From contig MU054187.1 in NCBI GenBank assembly GCA_013239625.1, positions 8,032,358 to 8,096,357 of the forward strand: DNA of 64,000 bases, in the 5' to 3' direction. The stretch comes from Lama guanicoe (Eukaryota). The translations under genes and the position numbers were made by a program. Each line of letters starts with the position of its first letter. Positions within the stretch are counted from its first letter, which is position 1. The notes under the pieces are model-generated. The model did not search any database, was not told the origin of the DNA, and saw nothing but the letters and a program-made list of their open reading frames with translations. Positions 25,270 through 38,770 of the stretch are shown piece by piece.

Positions 25270-25860
25270 AAAAGTTGAAAAAAGAGATTACACTCACTCA
25301 GGAGGAAGGTTTCATGGAGAAACTGATGTTTATGATGGAACTTGAAAGCAGGGAGGACCTAGGGAGGCAGATATGCAGAAAAGTAGAAATGATATTCCAG
25401 ATGGAGTTCACAGCATGGGCCAAGGCACACAGATGAAGAGGGAAAGGAGGGTGGATTTAGAAAACAGTGAGTCATCCATTTTGGCTGGAGGATAATGTGT
25501 AATCTGATGTAACAGGAAAGAATGTTGGAAAGATAAAAGGGACCTTGGATGTTCAGAGCAAATATGATTTTAACATTCAGTAGACCAATGAGGAAGAATT
25601 TAAAACTATCCATCCATCCATCCATCCATTCAACAAGAATATATTATGTTATAACAGGCAAAACCCTCTACAAGGTACAGGACAAAACGGGTAAGAAACA
25701 ACTCCTGTCTCTTTACTGTTTATATTCTTGCAAAGAAATAAAACTGCTAAGCAATTAGCAACAGCACAAGAAGAAGCCATTTAAGAAAATTAATCTGGCA
25801 GCCTCATGGAGAAGAACTTTGATCCGTAAGAGACTGAAAGCAGGAAAGTCAATTATGAAA
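25270..25860 (-). mobile_element. LINE-2 fragments with a (TCCA)n tail remnant
   Basis: ggaaggtttcatggagaa...gggccaaggcacagatg; catccatccattcaacaagaatatatt. Confidence 0.55.
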
Positions 25861-27515
25861 TGAGAAAGACTAATTGTCTAATAAGTTCAAAGGTGAGATG
25901 TAACTGTTTCAGTGGGTTTGCATGCTTTAGCTCTGCTGGTTAAACTTCCTTTGTCCTCCTTTTACTGAGAAATTTGTCTGAGTTTGGCAGCAAACCATCT
26001 TCAAGGCCAGTTCAGCATTCCTCGGCCAGGATGTACTTACAGAACCATCTGCCTATCCTCTTTTACTCACTTATTTATGCAGTAGGATACATTTATGTAT
26101 CTCTCTTTTGTCCGACAGGTTTCATTTCAGTATCATTAGAGCATCATTTTTGCCAGTCGTAAATTCGATCTCAGCTGGAGATTACAGACTTCCCCTCTTG
26201 TCTATTATTTCCCTTGTTCCACTTTTTCTGCCATGGTGGATTTTATTCACACAAAAGGCGGGGTATCAAACTGTTATTAAACGGATTTTTATTAGCTCAT
26301 TTCACCATCATATCTAGCTACTTGTATTTCTGAACGCTGTAGATGTTACGGTCATTCATGTCCGTCTAGCACTAGGGAAAAGGTAACCTTGTTTTTCAGC
26401 TGTATGATTTATGTTTGGATGATTATTATCAACTTTTCTCTTTTTTTCTTTGTCAAATTCTGTTATATGATTTTTCTCTTTTATTTTAAAACAAATACTT
26501 ATATCCCTTTTTGCTTCAGGTAGTTGGACTTGGCCATAAAGAGGCCACTTGGTATCAGAACACCCTCACATATTTGCCTAATAATCCCTTTTAAGTAATC
26601 TGGCCCTGTTGTTAATGGCTTTTTTTTAAGCCAGTCATACACTTAGAATCAAAATTAACATCTAAATGAGGATGTTTTAAAACACATGCCTAGGGGTTGC
26701 CGGTTTCACCTTTTTTATAGTTTGCCACGTTAAATTATGTAAAATAGAAATGGTATTTTAGTATTTAACGAGCTAATGCAGAACCTACTGCGCCTGCCGC
26801 CCATCCCCCCTTTTCCCTTATACAGCCCACCAAATGCTTTTTAAGGTATGAGAAATGGCCATGAATTTTAAAGCATGTGTCAGAATGCAGAGAACCCTTT
26901 CTTTCTCAACAACTACCTCATATCAAAAGAAAGGTGTTACTAGAAAAAATTCTAAGTGTTGGAAATCTGGCTTTATAATTAAACATTGCGATCGGATGTT
27001 GTGCACAATAAAATTAATGACTTCAGCATTTATTTTCTCCAGAAAAGTGTATTATAGTTTATATAATGTTATGGCCACAATTCAATTAACAAAAAAATTC
27101 ATTAGATAAATCAAGAAATGATAACACAAGCAGAAGAAAAATGATATATCCATTCAAAAATATCCAAAGAACATTTAGAAAATGATGGTCAGAGAAGTTA
27201 CAAAATATCATGAAGAAAGGTATAAAAGAAGTCAGGACTTGTGACTAGAGGCCAGTGTGTTTTAGCTGGACATCATGAGCATGTCCAGAAAACCAGATCT
27301 GTTATCTGGTAGTTTGGTCCTACAAGAGAAGGAGGAGCTGCACCATTTAAGTCATTTAGAAATAGATGACACCAAGTGATAAGGACGATGGTATAGAAGA
27401 GGGGAAAGGGAATGATCCGATTAACTGATAAGTTGCTTTTTTCTGTAATTCCAAAGATCCCGTTTCGTGGTGCTGAAAATCACAATAGAAGAATTTCTGT
27501 GTGAGATTTGATAAA

Positions 27516-27548
27516 GATGATGATGATGATGATGGTGGTGACGATGAT
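27516..27548 (+). repeat. (GAT)n trinucleotide microsatellite, imperfect
   Basis: gatgatgatgatgatgatggtggtgacgatgat. Confidence 0.85.
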
Positions 27549-27732
27549 TTCTGCTTAAACATTAAAGCAATCTCGAGCGGAAAGATTCTAGGAAAAAATG
27601 CATGTATCAAAACCACAAGAGATCTGGTGATGAAGGCTTAAGCCACCGTCAATAGCACTCTGGAATTTCAAAGCACCGGAACGGAAGGTGATTAATTTAT
27701 TCTGTTTCTCTTTGTTTCCTGGGCTATTTTTG

Positions 27733-27767
27733 CCCCCTTCTCACCCCCTTCTCACCCCCTTCCTCAC
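27733..27767 (+). repeat. 11-bp tandem repeat (cccccttctca, about 3 copies)
   Basis: cccccttctca cccccttctca cccccttcctcac. Confidence 0.8.
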
Positions 27768-28049
27768 TCCCTGCAAAATCTCTCCACACGTATCTTTAAA
27801 CCAACTTCTTATTCACTTTACAAGATCAACTCCACTTTTCATTTAATTGTCTTTTTGCTGTGTGAAAGCTACCGTGACACTGTCTTCAGACAAAAATTCA
27901 CATTTTGCCTCTTTTGTTGGAATTTCTTTTGTTTACAATATTTTTGTTTTTATGATATTTTCAGTATATGATTAAATCCGACTCTTTTTTAATGGACAAA
28001 ATATGCAGCTGTGTCTAAGCAGAAATTAAGATTTCCCATTCTTCCTAGA

Positions 28050-28710
28050 TCACTAATCACTTCTTAGAAATGGCTACTAGCAATGTTTTGGTACATATTT
28101 GATGTTCATGCAAACACTCCTATGTATACGTGAGTGTTTGTATACCATTCTCTTATACAGCATCAATTAGGGGTCTGCTAAAAGATATTTATGTCGGTGC
28201 CAATGTCATACTATTACATACGGCGCTGGTATTATATCTTTGAATTTAAATATATGCTGGGCCAAAAGTAAAATATTTACTGGGTTACATCTCTGTTTTG
28301 TTTTGTTTTCTCAAACTGGCCTCCAAAAAGCATTCATATCTCACATTTATATCTTCACCAAGAGAGAATCAGTATTATCAATCTTAATCTTTGCCCAGCT
28401 AATATTTGAAAATTATTTATTACTGTCTTAATTTGTATCGTCTATTATGTACTGTATTGTGTTTTTGTGTGTTTATTGGCATTTCTATTTCTTTGGGCAG
28501 CTTTATTTAGAAAGTTTGCCCATTTTATTGTTAGTTTCTTATCAGTGTGAGAGTTCCTTGTATATTACATGTACTAGTTTTTTGAAAGACTAACATTTTT
28601 TTAGAATGTCATTTGCTTTTGACATTTTTGTTATTTTTATAGAGTCAGATTTATTAACCCATCTTGCATTATGATTTTTATTTTTCATGTCATGTATACA
28701 AAGGTTTTCC
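28050..28710 (-). mobile_element. Old L1ME-like fragment, antisense
   Basis: ttaatttgtat...tttattggcatttctatttc...tttgcccatttt...gagttccttgtatatt is antisense L1 ORF2 3' region. Confidence 0.6.
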
Positions 28711-29712
28711 TTGACATGGTGTTTTAATTTCAATAAAATCACTTGGTCCTTGTTGCTACCATAGTACTGCCTTTTCTACAGGACTAGCAGATTATGCTGT
28801 AATTATCTATTTCCATCTCTAGATTGTGGGTTCCAAGAAGGCAGGGACAATGTCATATTTGTTTTTCTATTCTAGTTAACAGAAAAACCGAATACCATAA
28901 CATATAAATAGTAGCTGGTAAATGAATAAGGAAGTTAACATAAATAAATATAAATAAATGAATTAGTGAATGAATGAATGAAGAATAATGAATTAATAAA
29001 TAAAGAAAATATAAAGTTTAGCATCAGCATGATGATCGTGAAATGAACACAAAATCTTATTATGGAATTAATCATGTTCATATATAAAATCATAAAGTTT
29101 TAATTCCTAAAACTCACCATTTTTACTAATCATTTTCTACAGTGCAGTTTTAAAATTTTTCCATTAATTTTTTTATGTATCTCTAACTTTAATGTCTTTC
29201 TATGTGTTTCTTTCTTACTGGAATTATTTTTCTCATTTTATAAGCTGTATAGTCTTGTACTCCACTTCTTTTTACTGTAACAGGCAGAGTATTTTATTAG
29301 ACAAAATGTTTTACTAGCAAGCTGAATTAGCTTTAAAAAAAAAAGTGCTAAATGCTGTGTCTAACTGAATTTAATCCTATCCAAAGTACTTAAAAGTGAG
29401 GGTACAGCTACTTAGGGACAACAGAAACCAAGTATGTAATTAGGCCTCTTTCCCTACTCTGCTCTATTTCTTCTTCTGTCAGTTCATTCTCAGACTGGCT
29501 TACCCTCAATACTGGAAACATAGCCATTTACATCTTTTGGGTTCAATGTCTTTAAAGCTGAGCATCCAAAGACACAAAGAGTTTTGCCTTCCAGGTCTGT
29601 ATTAAAACAAAAACAAAGCAAACAAGAAAATGATCAACTGGCCAGGCACAGGTCAGAGAGACACCTCTTGGAATAATCACTGAAGTCAGATGGAACTGTG
29701 TCTTGCAATGCT

Positions 29713-29858
29713 TTGTGACTTAAACTTTGTGAGCCTCAGCTTCTTCATCTGTAAATGAGGGTAATAAAAAGTATACATCTTAGAGGGATGTTATAAAAAT
29801 TCAGTGACATAATATAAGTAAAGTGCTTAGCAGATTACTATTCAATAAGTCTTAGCTA
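29713..29858 (+). mobile_element. MIR SINE relic
   Basis: gagcctcagcttcttcatctgtaaatgagggtaataa...gtaaagtgcttagca. Confidence 0.8.
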
Positions 29859-30059
29859 ACCATCATCCTCCTCAAATTCGTCCAATCATCCTAGTCTGAC
29901 AGTTTTAAGAAAGGGAGAATATTTTTACAAAGGACAACAACTGAGAAAATAAACAGAGCTGTGGACAATGTTGGAGAAAAAAGAAAATTATAAGATGCAA
30001 ATGCTCAAATATTTCAGATGCCCTAGAGTCTAAAAACATTGTTACAAGCCATTAGCCCC

Positions 30060-30200
30060 TTAGCACTGTGCTAACAGCCTTATAGGTATCATCTCATTTA
30101 GTCTTACAACAACTCTAGGAGGTTCCTATTCTACAAATAAAGAAACTATAGCTCTAAAGATAAGTAACTTATTAGAGGCACTTATGATACTAAGTTAAAA
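30060..30200 (-). mobile_element. MIR SINE relic
   Basis: agcactgtgctaa...atctcatttagtcttacaacaactctaggagg...aagtaactt. Confidence 0.7.
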
Positions 30201-31849
30201 CAAGCTAAGAGTGTGTAAGATAGCTTTGCTCAGTGAGTTAGTTACATGACCACTGGATATGATTCGGGAAAACTGTGCTTTGTTTCTCAGTCTGCCTCCA
30301 GTGGCTGGGTGGATATGTACAAATCATGCAAACTTTCTGAGATTTCATTTCCACATTTGTCATATCCAAACAGTGCCAAGTTCTACTGCAGAAGGAGAGT
30401 TCTAGACACACTCACAGCCCCATCCTGAGCAAGTTGCTGGAAACAATTTACCCTTAGGTGTCTGTGTTAGAGATTCATGCTTCACATGAAATCAACAAAA
30501 ACAGGCTGCCTCAACATTCCTAGATACAGAGAAACATGCAGGTCATAGGACCAACTAAAGTCAAAAGAAACACAGAGAGAAGCCAGTAAACAAAACCCAT
30601 GAATTGGTAGAAATCATGAGTTAGTGGTAACCATGAAGTTCTAAGAAGAGAAGAGAGTAAATCCAGAGGCAGAGAGACACTGAGACAAACGTCCACCACA
30701 GCTATCAAGGGGGAAAAAAATGACCTGCTTTAAATGTACTGTAAAAAGTATATTCAATCAACGATGTAAATTTTGAAATCTAAGTTCTCTGACTTCCACC
30801 AACAAGATTATGAAGATTTCCCTATCCATCTCCATAACCCCCATTAACTGACGTAAGCTGATCACATTTCTGTGAACTGAAACCAGAAAGTCTGACAAGG
30901 AGCTTTATGAACCTCAAATGAAGATAAAATTAAATATTAAAATGCCTTAAAAGATAAAGAACTACACAAAACAGGCTGTTTTTATATCAAAGGGATATAA
31001 TAACTGTATGTGGATAAATAGACCAAACTTCAATAAAAATAGTTACCTAGAATGAATAGGAAAAATAAATGAATTATATTTACAATAAGATGATTATGAA
31101 ATATATTAGAAAGGCATTTTTAAGGTTCTGATTTCCTTGAGAGTTTCAATGAGGATAACTGTCAGAATATGTTCCCCTCCAAAAAAGAAAAAAAGAAAAA
31201 GAAACAAAATTAGCCAGAACAGTTTTCCATTAAAATATCTCAATTTCTCCACAGCATTCCTTGAGAAATGATTGAAGCTTCTTCACTTGGAATACTGGCC
31301 TGGAAAAAAAAATCATTAAACGATGCTGGAGGGAACCAGCCTGTTCTGTCCTGGGGATGGAAGAGTTGAATTTAAGTCCTTTCATCTTCATTTAGACTCT
31401 TCTGTTATATATTTTCTTTCTGAGAAAGAATTTATCTCCATCCAACAACATGCTAGGGAAAATGGCAGTACCGAACTATATCATAATGCAATAATCTATG
31501 TAATTAAATTATTTCATGGATCAGTAGGAATGTGCAAATTGTGAAAAACTGTGAAATGTAATAATGTAGTCTGACATTATAATTTCCGATGGCTTATTTA
31601 TTCTTCAAGGGCTTTATACATTGATGCTCATTTGATTTCCCTGAACAAAGGAATGTTGCCTGGTCTGCTTTGGTTCTTCACTCCTTAGACAAACGTATGA
31701 AGAGAGCGCATTCTGTGCAAAGCATTGTGCTAAGCAGGGGAAGAGGGGAAAGGCGGTCCCTCTCTTTAAGGAGTCCACGCTCCCATGCAGACACGGAGGC
31801 TGCGTGGGGTGGTGGAGAGAGCAGGGCCCTGGGAACACACAGGCTGGGT

Positions 31850-31975
31850 GCAGGGTCCACTTCTACCCTTCCCCAGCTGGGTCTCTGGCTCTTTATGTGT
31901 CATATCAGGATTAAAATGCCCTTCTGAGTGACTGTTACGAGATTGCGGAGATAACGTACACAAAATGTCTAGCAA
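31850..31975 (+). mobile_element. MIR SINE relic
   Basis: ccacttctacccttccccagctgggt...tgttacgagattgcggagataacgtacacaaaatgtctagca. Confidence 0.5.
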
Positions 31976-32689
31976 AATATTGCTATTCAGTCGGTCGGTG
32001 TGACTTTCCTTCCTCCTTAAAGAAGCAAAAAACCATAATCAGGGCAATGTGTGCTGAATATATAAACGAATCGCACAGAGAGTAAGGTGGGGGCTTTGCT
32101 ATGTATAGTTCAACACAGTGGTGTCAGCTAGGAGAATGAGCCTTCAAAACTCCCTGGAAGCTCTTTCAACTGCCCCCAGCCATCCCAGCTACCCCTCAAT
32201 CACACGCCCCTCCCCTGCCACACACACATACGTTTTAAAATGTGTCAGAATCAGGTGTAGAGTAGGTCGAACAAATAAGGAAATGCTGAGTTCTGACACT
32301 TACTGATTTTGGCCAAGACCTTCAATCTCTCTAAGTTTTAGCTCAGGGCAAAAACCACAGCTGCAAGGGTTTTCCATCTCCTGTAACTAACATCGTGAAT
32401 GCCCTACATTAGGTATCCAGCAAGTGTTTCCCAGTTGACTAAATAAACTGTGAAACTGGCAAAGTCATAACTGTATTATAGCATTATTGTGAAAATTAAA
32501 ATGATTTCCGTAAAACAGCTCGGTGTTGCAAGCACCCTTGCAAGCAATTATCACAGTGTGAGGAGGGGCATCCAAAAAAAAAAAAAATCTCAGAGGAAAC
32601 AGCATGGAGCAGAGCAGGATTCTGATAGGTCAGAGAGTAGAAGGGGCTAACTTGGCCAGCGCCGGGAGGCGGGGTCATGGTGTGTGTGA

Positions 32690-33250
32690 AAATAGCGGAT
32701 AAGCTAGTTCAGCTGGTGTTTAAGCTCCACGCGAGCAGAGAGTGACAGATGATGCTGCAAAGTAGTCTGTGGTCAGTTTGTGAAAGTCCCCAAAGACGCT
32801 GTTGAGATTTGATTCTGTCCATCATGCAAGGAGAAGCAAATGAAGGCTGAAAGACATGATCACAACTTCACATTCAGAGGATTAATTGGGCACTTCTGCT
32901 CAGGATGGGAAGGAAACTGAGAGATTTGAACACAATAGCCCAGGAGGCTGGTAGCCAGAGTCTTTAAACAATGGCAGAGGCATTCATGGAAGAGACAGGT
33001 CAAGAGACATTTCAGGAGAAGCATGAACAAAGCTTGATAATACTGTGAGGTGTGAAAAGCAGAAGAGAATGTCCTAGAATTAATTCAAAGTTTGGTAATT
33101 ATAAGAATAATTATTCCATTTATAAAAGTAGAGTTGTCAACAGGAGAAAATGTTTTGGAAAGAGAGAATATCTGTTTTCAAAAAAGTATCAAACATTTTA
33201 ATTAAGTTTTGAACTTGCTACATTTGAGATATCAGGGAGGCATCCAGGAA
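32690..33250 (-). mobile_element. LINE-2 fragment
   Basis: gagattttgattct...gacatgatcacaacttcacattcagaggatta...agttttgaacttgctacatttgagat. Confidence 0.55.
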
Positions 33251-33798
33251 AAATAAGGATAAAAATTTTGATAACGATTCCAACAAAAATAAAGAAAGCC
33301 TCATCAAAGAGGATTAAGGGCAGAGCATCAGGGGATATTCACCTTTCAGGGGCAAGAAAAGAAGTTTGTCTATTTCACTAAAATAAAATTATTCTAGTCC
33401 CATAATCAGTTAAGTCTATGCCTTGGATTTTGTTTAATTGTCCATTTATGACATTACATTTATATTACAGGAGTTAAAAAAAAACTACTGGCTGCTTTTA
33501 TTTTCAGTACAACTTTTTATTTATTGTCTAAAACTTATCTTTCAGAAACCTTATTTAATTCTTATAAGAATGAGTCACCACGTAGTCCTAGACAAGTTTT
33601 TCCAGTTTACATAACTCCAGGAATCCTGCATTTATTCTCTTTATGTTCTTATTTCTTTTTGCCACCCACATGGATTATTGTAAGAGGAATGATTCATAAT
33701 GTTTAAAACTCAGTTTGCTGTAGGATTGTAGACATTGGAGATAGAAAGGGACCTGCATAATCCATCACAAAACAAGTTTTCTTTCACTCGTTAAATTT

Positions 33799-33806
33799 TG
33801 ACGTCA
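33799..33806. promoter_or_regulatory. Full palindromic CRE motif TGACGTCA
   Basis: Exact CREB/ATF consensus with its CpG retained; function unproven. Confidence 0.35.
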
Positions 33807-36629
33807 ATATTAAATTTAACATTTAGTTAATGAAAATTGCCTTGCACAGAATCTCATGTAAATGATGCACATTATTCCCACCATGTAAGTAAGTTATGTT
33901 AGTCGACACTTCAGGGTATATTTAAAAGCACAGCCATGCCTGTTGGTGACTAAATTCAACTTTCCCTACTCTTTTATTTCAGTCATAAGCTGAAAAACGG
34001 CATTCAAGGGATTTTCAGGATGAAGGTTGAAATCAACAAGGCTGGTATGTCATTTTAATTAATTAATTAAGCAGGTATCTGGTAAGCCCCAGAGTGACAG
34101 TGGTGAGTGGTATTTCTGCCTCACCAGCACTTTCAGAGTAGCAGAAAGACTGACATCTCCCCAAATCAAGTACAGTGAAAGAGGCATGTGCTCGCGGCGG
34201 GGAAGGACAAGGGGCTACTGGCCCGGAGCAGGGGCCCCTCCTTAGTTTAAAGGTGTTCCAGGATGTTCCAGTAGCAAAGTGAGATCTAAACTGAGGCCAA
34301 AAGAACAAACAGGAGTTGTCCAGGGGAAAGAGGAGAAAGGCGGCGTGGAGAAGCACTTCGCCTCTCTGACCTTCAGTTTCATCACTTATGAATTAGAGAA
34401 CACAGACCTGATGGACTGGAAAGGCTTTTCCAGGTAGAAAATCCAGCGCTCTGTTTTCCTCTGTGCCCAAAATGCCCTTCCCTCCTTGACCCTTCTTCAC
34501 CTGGACTGCCTGGTTAATTCTTATTTGTCCCTAACGGCTCAACTGCAGGCATCTTTATGTTCTCTCCTGAAGTTCTTTTTGAACTTCTACGTTACTCCAG
34601 AGAGTTGTTCTCACCTCCCTTATTGTCACCTCTGTCACTTTGCAACTTTTTGGTCTGTCTCCCCCATTAGACGGCGAGCTCACTGGGGACAGCTTACATT
34701 TATCTTGATGATCCTGGCATCTATTGACATCTAGGTATAATAAGGGTTCAGTAGATCGCAAGTGAATAAATGCATGCCTTTACCTACCCGCAGAAGAACT
34801 CAGTGGAAGACAATAATAATGCTATTCTTTTGCCAATTGAGAACTCTGTCAAAAGCATTTTTCACATTATGGCAAAATTTAGAGTTGGGTGAGAATCCTT
34901 TGGAACTTTGGTGATCCAAATCTCGATCAGACCCCACAGGGGTCACTTTTTGAGGATTACTGTGCTTAAAAGTATAATTATCTGTTTGGGGTAAGTTACT
35001 TTTTCTTATCTTCATACTTCACCTTCGTTTTTTATCACAAAACCACCGTCTTATTCACAATGGTTTTGAAATCCATCATGTTGATAGAAGAACAATCAAT
35101 CATTAATTAAAAGGGCAAACAAAACTGATTTATAAACCATTTAACTGAAAACAAACATTTAATTGTGATGCGGAATCATCAATTTTGACAGTAAAGTGAA
35201 CATGCTGAAGTTTCCTGTGACTGATGAAGGATTAAAACTTTGCTTATCTAATTCACTTTTGGGTGATTACGAATGTTATCTCATAATACGAAGGTTGAGA
35301 GTCTTGTGAACTGAATTAGCAGGTAATTTTTATTAAGCATTGATTTAATGCACTAGTTTTCCTTTCTTCAGCCCCATGATACGCCTCGTGCGATTTCTGA
35401 AATTCCTTTATCAACAACAGGCAGGTTTTAACATTCGCAGGAGTCCTTCAAACACCTTGTCAGACTAGTTTTCCAATAAAGGCCAATGAAAAATACAGTT
35501 GTAAAGAAAATCACAACCTTCTAGTTTTAGCTCATTTAGAGGTCCTTGAGTGTTCAATGATGTGAAGAGTGACATATATCTGTGAATTAAGGAACTTTAA
35601 TTACACCAAGAGTGCACTTCATTATGTAATACATAATTCAAGAGACAGTTCCCTGTATTGAAAATCCAGTCCAACTTCAGTGTTTAAATGTATCCTCCGC
35701 TCTCAGGCATATCCAAAATACTGTAAAACAAGAGCAAACATTTTGAGGCCCCGTCCTGGACAGAGTCAGAGCACAAGAGGGAGGCCGACCGTGGCGGGTT
35801 TGGCCAAAATGATTTAAGATTCATCAGACATAAATATAAGGGTGTCTCTACCTTAGCACCACAGTGAACCCAAGGCAGAGCCCCTTAGAGGAACACTGAT
35901 TTCTAAGCCAGGCCTCCCCTCTATGAAACTACCTTCTGCCATTTTTCCATCATGGTAAGTCTCTCCTCAGGAAGTAGTTCCCCCTTCACCATCATAGAAG
36001 CAAAGAAAAGATCGTTCCAAATTAAACTGGTGGCTAATTGAGGATTTATCAACATGAAGGATGACTAGGATCGGTGTTTTGTATTCACTGCTCAGACCCA
36101 GTGACAAAACAAGTATGGAAATACTCCCAGATGGAAAGGTGCCCAGTTCCAAAAAGCAAAGATGTGAAGAGACTTGTAATTGAGAAAGAAACTGAAACCT
36201 TGTTCCTTCTAGTTCGGCTGCTACAGGTTTGGGCAAATCATTTAGCTTTTAGTAAATCTGCTCAGTCCACACACGTCACCTCCACCCACTCGTTTACTTT
36301 TTCATTTCTTCATTCACTAACTGTGTCTCTAAGTGTTGATGAAATGAATCCTTGTGAAAGGGGATTACTATAAATAGCAGCCGCTCCTGCGCCCCAGCCC
36401 CTCCTGCCCCGAGGTATTCCGAGAGGACATCCTCCTCCCACAACATGAGGCAGCCAGGTGCCCTCCAGAGACTGTTCTTAGCACTTATTTAATAAAAGGG
36501 TATTTAATCTTCTCGGTTCGGATGGAGACAGAAAGTCCCACTGGAGTGTACTTTAGGAGAACCCTCCTAGGCATCCACTGTGTCCCTGCGACCTTGGAGA
36601 AGGAGGGTAGCAAAAGCAAGCTTCTTGGT

Positions 36630-37165
36630 GTAATTCAGATAATCTCTCCTCTGCTCAGAACCTTTCACCGGCATCCCATCTGGCTCAGAGGAGAGCCACC
36701 AGCCACCTCTCTCACTGGTCTCCCCAGTCCCTCCCAGTTCCCTCGGCTGCTTTCTCTTCCTCTGGACACCCAGGTGCCCTCCTGCCTCCAGGACTGTGCA
36801 TCTGCTCCCTTCCCTCTGCCTAAAACACTTTATCCTCAGATGGCCACGAGGCTGACAAGCACCAACAGAGCTTTCAAGTCGTGATTTGCAAGCTCCCTCT
36901 GTAGAGCTAGTCCTCTTCTGGCTCCCTTCTAATATTAAACCCCTTACCTTGAACTTTCACATAATTACTTTGCTTTTTTTTTCTCCTTAACTCTTATTAC
37001 TATGTAGCCAACTGCACATTTTTATTTACCTTGCCTCCTTTATTTCCTTCTGAGGAGAACGTAAAGTTCCACAAAGGCAGGGATTTTTTACCTGTTTTGT
37101 TCATACCTACGGCCCAGCACCTAGAATGGTAGGCTCAACCCATAATCGGTACTGGGTAAATTTTT
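36630..37165 (+). mobile_element. LINE-2 3' fragment
   Basis: tctcctctgctcagaacctttc...gtaaagttccacaaaggcagggatttt...cccagcacctagaa. Confidence 0.8.
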
Positions 37166-38199
37166 GTGGGAAAATGTTTCTGAGTTTGGTGTATCTTATT
37201 CAGTTTAGCTCCTCCTAAGAGAGTGAGCCATTTCTTTGAAAAAGCCTAGGAAATCTTTTTGAGAAAAGATTTGTGCTCTTTCAATAAGAGCTGCAACGCT
37301 GGGCACACCAACCCTGGTTTGCTGAGCAGCCTGGTTCGGGGCTTGGCGATTCGCAAGGTGATGCCAGTTCTGCCATCAGCTCTTCAGTGTCAGTAAATGC
37401 CTCCCAGCACAGCGCGCGTGTGTGGCTGTTGCATCAGCAGGACGGGTGCTTCCTGCCCCCCTTGATCTAGGTCCCTGAGGGTCCCTCAGATTTCAGCTCA
37501 GATCTCCCAGGGGAACTTCCTCTGGCCCGTCTCATAGCACAGTGCCCCTTTCCTCAACAGAGCTTTTCACTTACAGTAGCCCATGTATCAGTGGGGCTAT
37601 TTGATTACACTCTCCTCTTCACAGCTTATAAGCTCCAGAAGGGCACAGGCAGGGCTTGTTTCCATGCACCGTTCTCTGCCCCGCACAGATCCCTGAGGCA
37701 TAGCACTGAGAGCAATGCAGTAACTATCTGATGGAAGGATTTTGCGTAAATTGAGGGAGCTTGTTTATTCTGATAGGAGAGCAAGACATCTTTGCACCAC
37801 TTACTGGGCAATCAGAATGCAGGGAACGAGGAGCAGCGATGGGAAGGAGAGAGAGGAGTGATGACAGGGGTTAAGATCTGGGCACTAAGTGATGGGATCC
37901 TTACACAACTTGAACTGGGCTCATTAAACTTGTGAACACTTGGTCTGAGGACGTTTGCTCCTGGAATCTAACAGGTAAGAGAATCCAGGAGAATATAAGA
38001 CTCCTCTCTGTCCTCCCCAAAGTCTTGGATTTGAACCTCCTACCAGCGGCAAAAACAGGGGTAGGTTGTGGAACAAGGTAATTTCAATTAAACTCTAAGG
38101 TACGAAGGCCCCCAGGTGGCACCTGGATCAGAGACTGCTTACGCCCTCCCTCTCTATTCTCCCTCGTTCAGACTGTCCCGTGCATGGTCAAGGTCATGA

Positions 38200-38770
38200 C
38201 CATAGGTCCCACAAACATCTGCGTCTGTCCTTTCTAGTCTCTCCTCCTTTCCCCACAGAGAATGAATACAATCCACACCCAAAACGGTGTTCAGACCTCA
38301 TCATGATCTAGCCCCTGCCTGACTCTTCCAGACTCACTGTTTAACCCCTTCTAGGTACCGCCCACTCTCCAGCCCAGTTAAACTCCAAACACAGCAGGCT
38401 GCAGTAGGACTTGGAGCCTCGGCATATCTCGTTTCCAATGCTTGGACTGCCCCTTCACACATTTTCACGGCAGGTTTCTATTAAGCCTTCAGATCAAGCT
38501 CAAAGATATGAAAAGGTGTCTTACAGTTTTCCCTAATCAAAGTTAGTGTCTTCAGTCTCTGGGATTCCTTAGTCCTTTGTTAACCCTTTATTACTGGGAT
38601 CACCAGGCAACTTTGCAGTATTTTTATTAACGTGATTGCCTCTCTAGGCGATGAGCTCCTTGAGGACACAAATGGGGAGAGTATTCACGTCAATCTACTC
38701 CCAAGGTTTAACATAGAACATGAGACTTAATGGTTACTCCCTAAGGAGTTGTTCAATTAATACATTAAAT
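38200..38770 (+). mobile_element. LINE-2 3' fragment
   Basis: catgatctagcccctgcctgactcttccag...gagctccttgaggaca...ttgttcaattaat. Confidence 0.6.
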
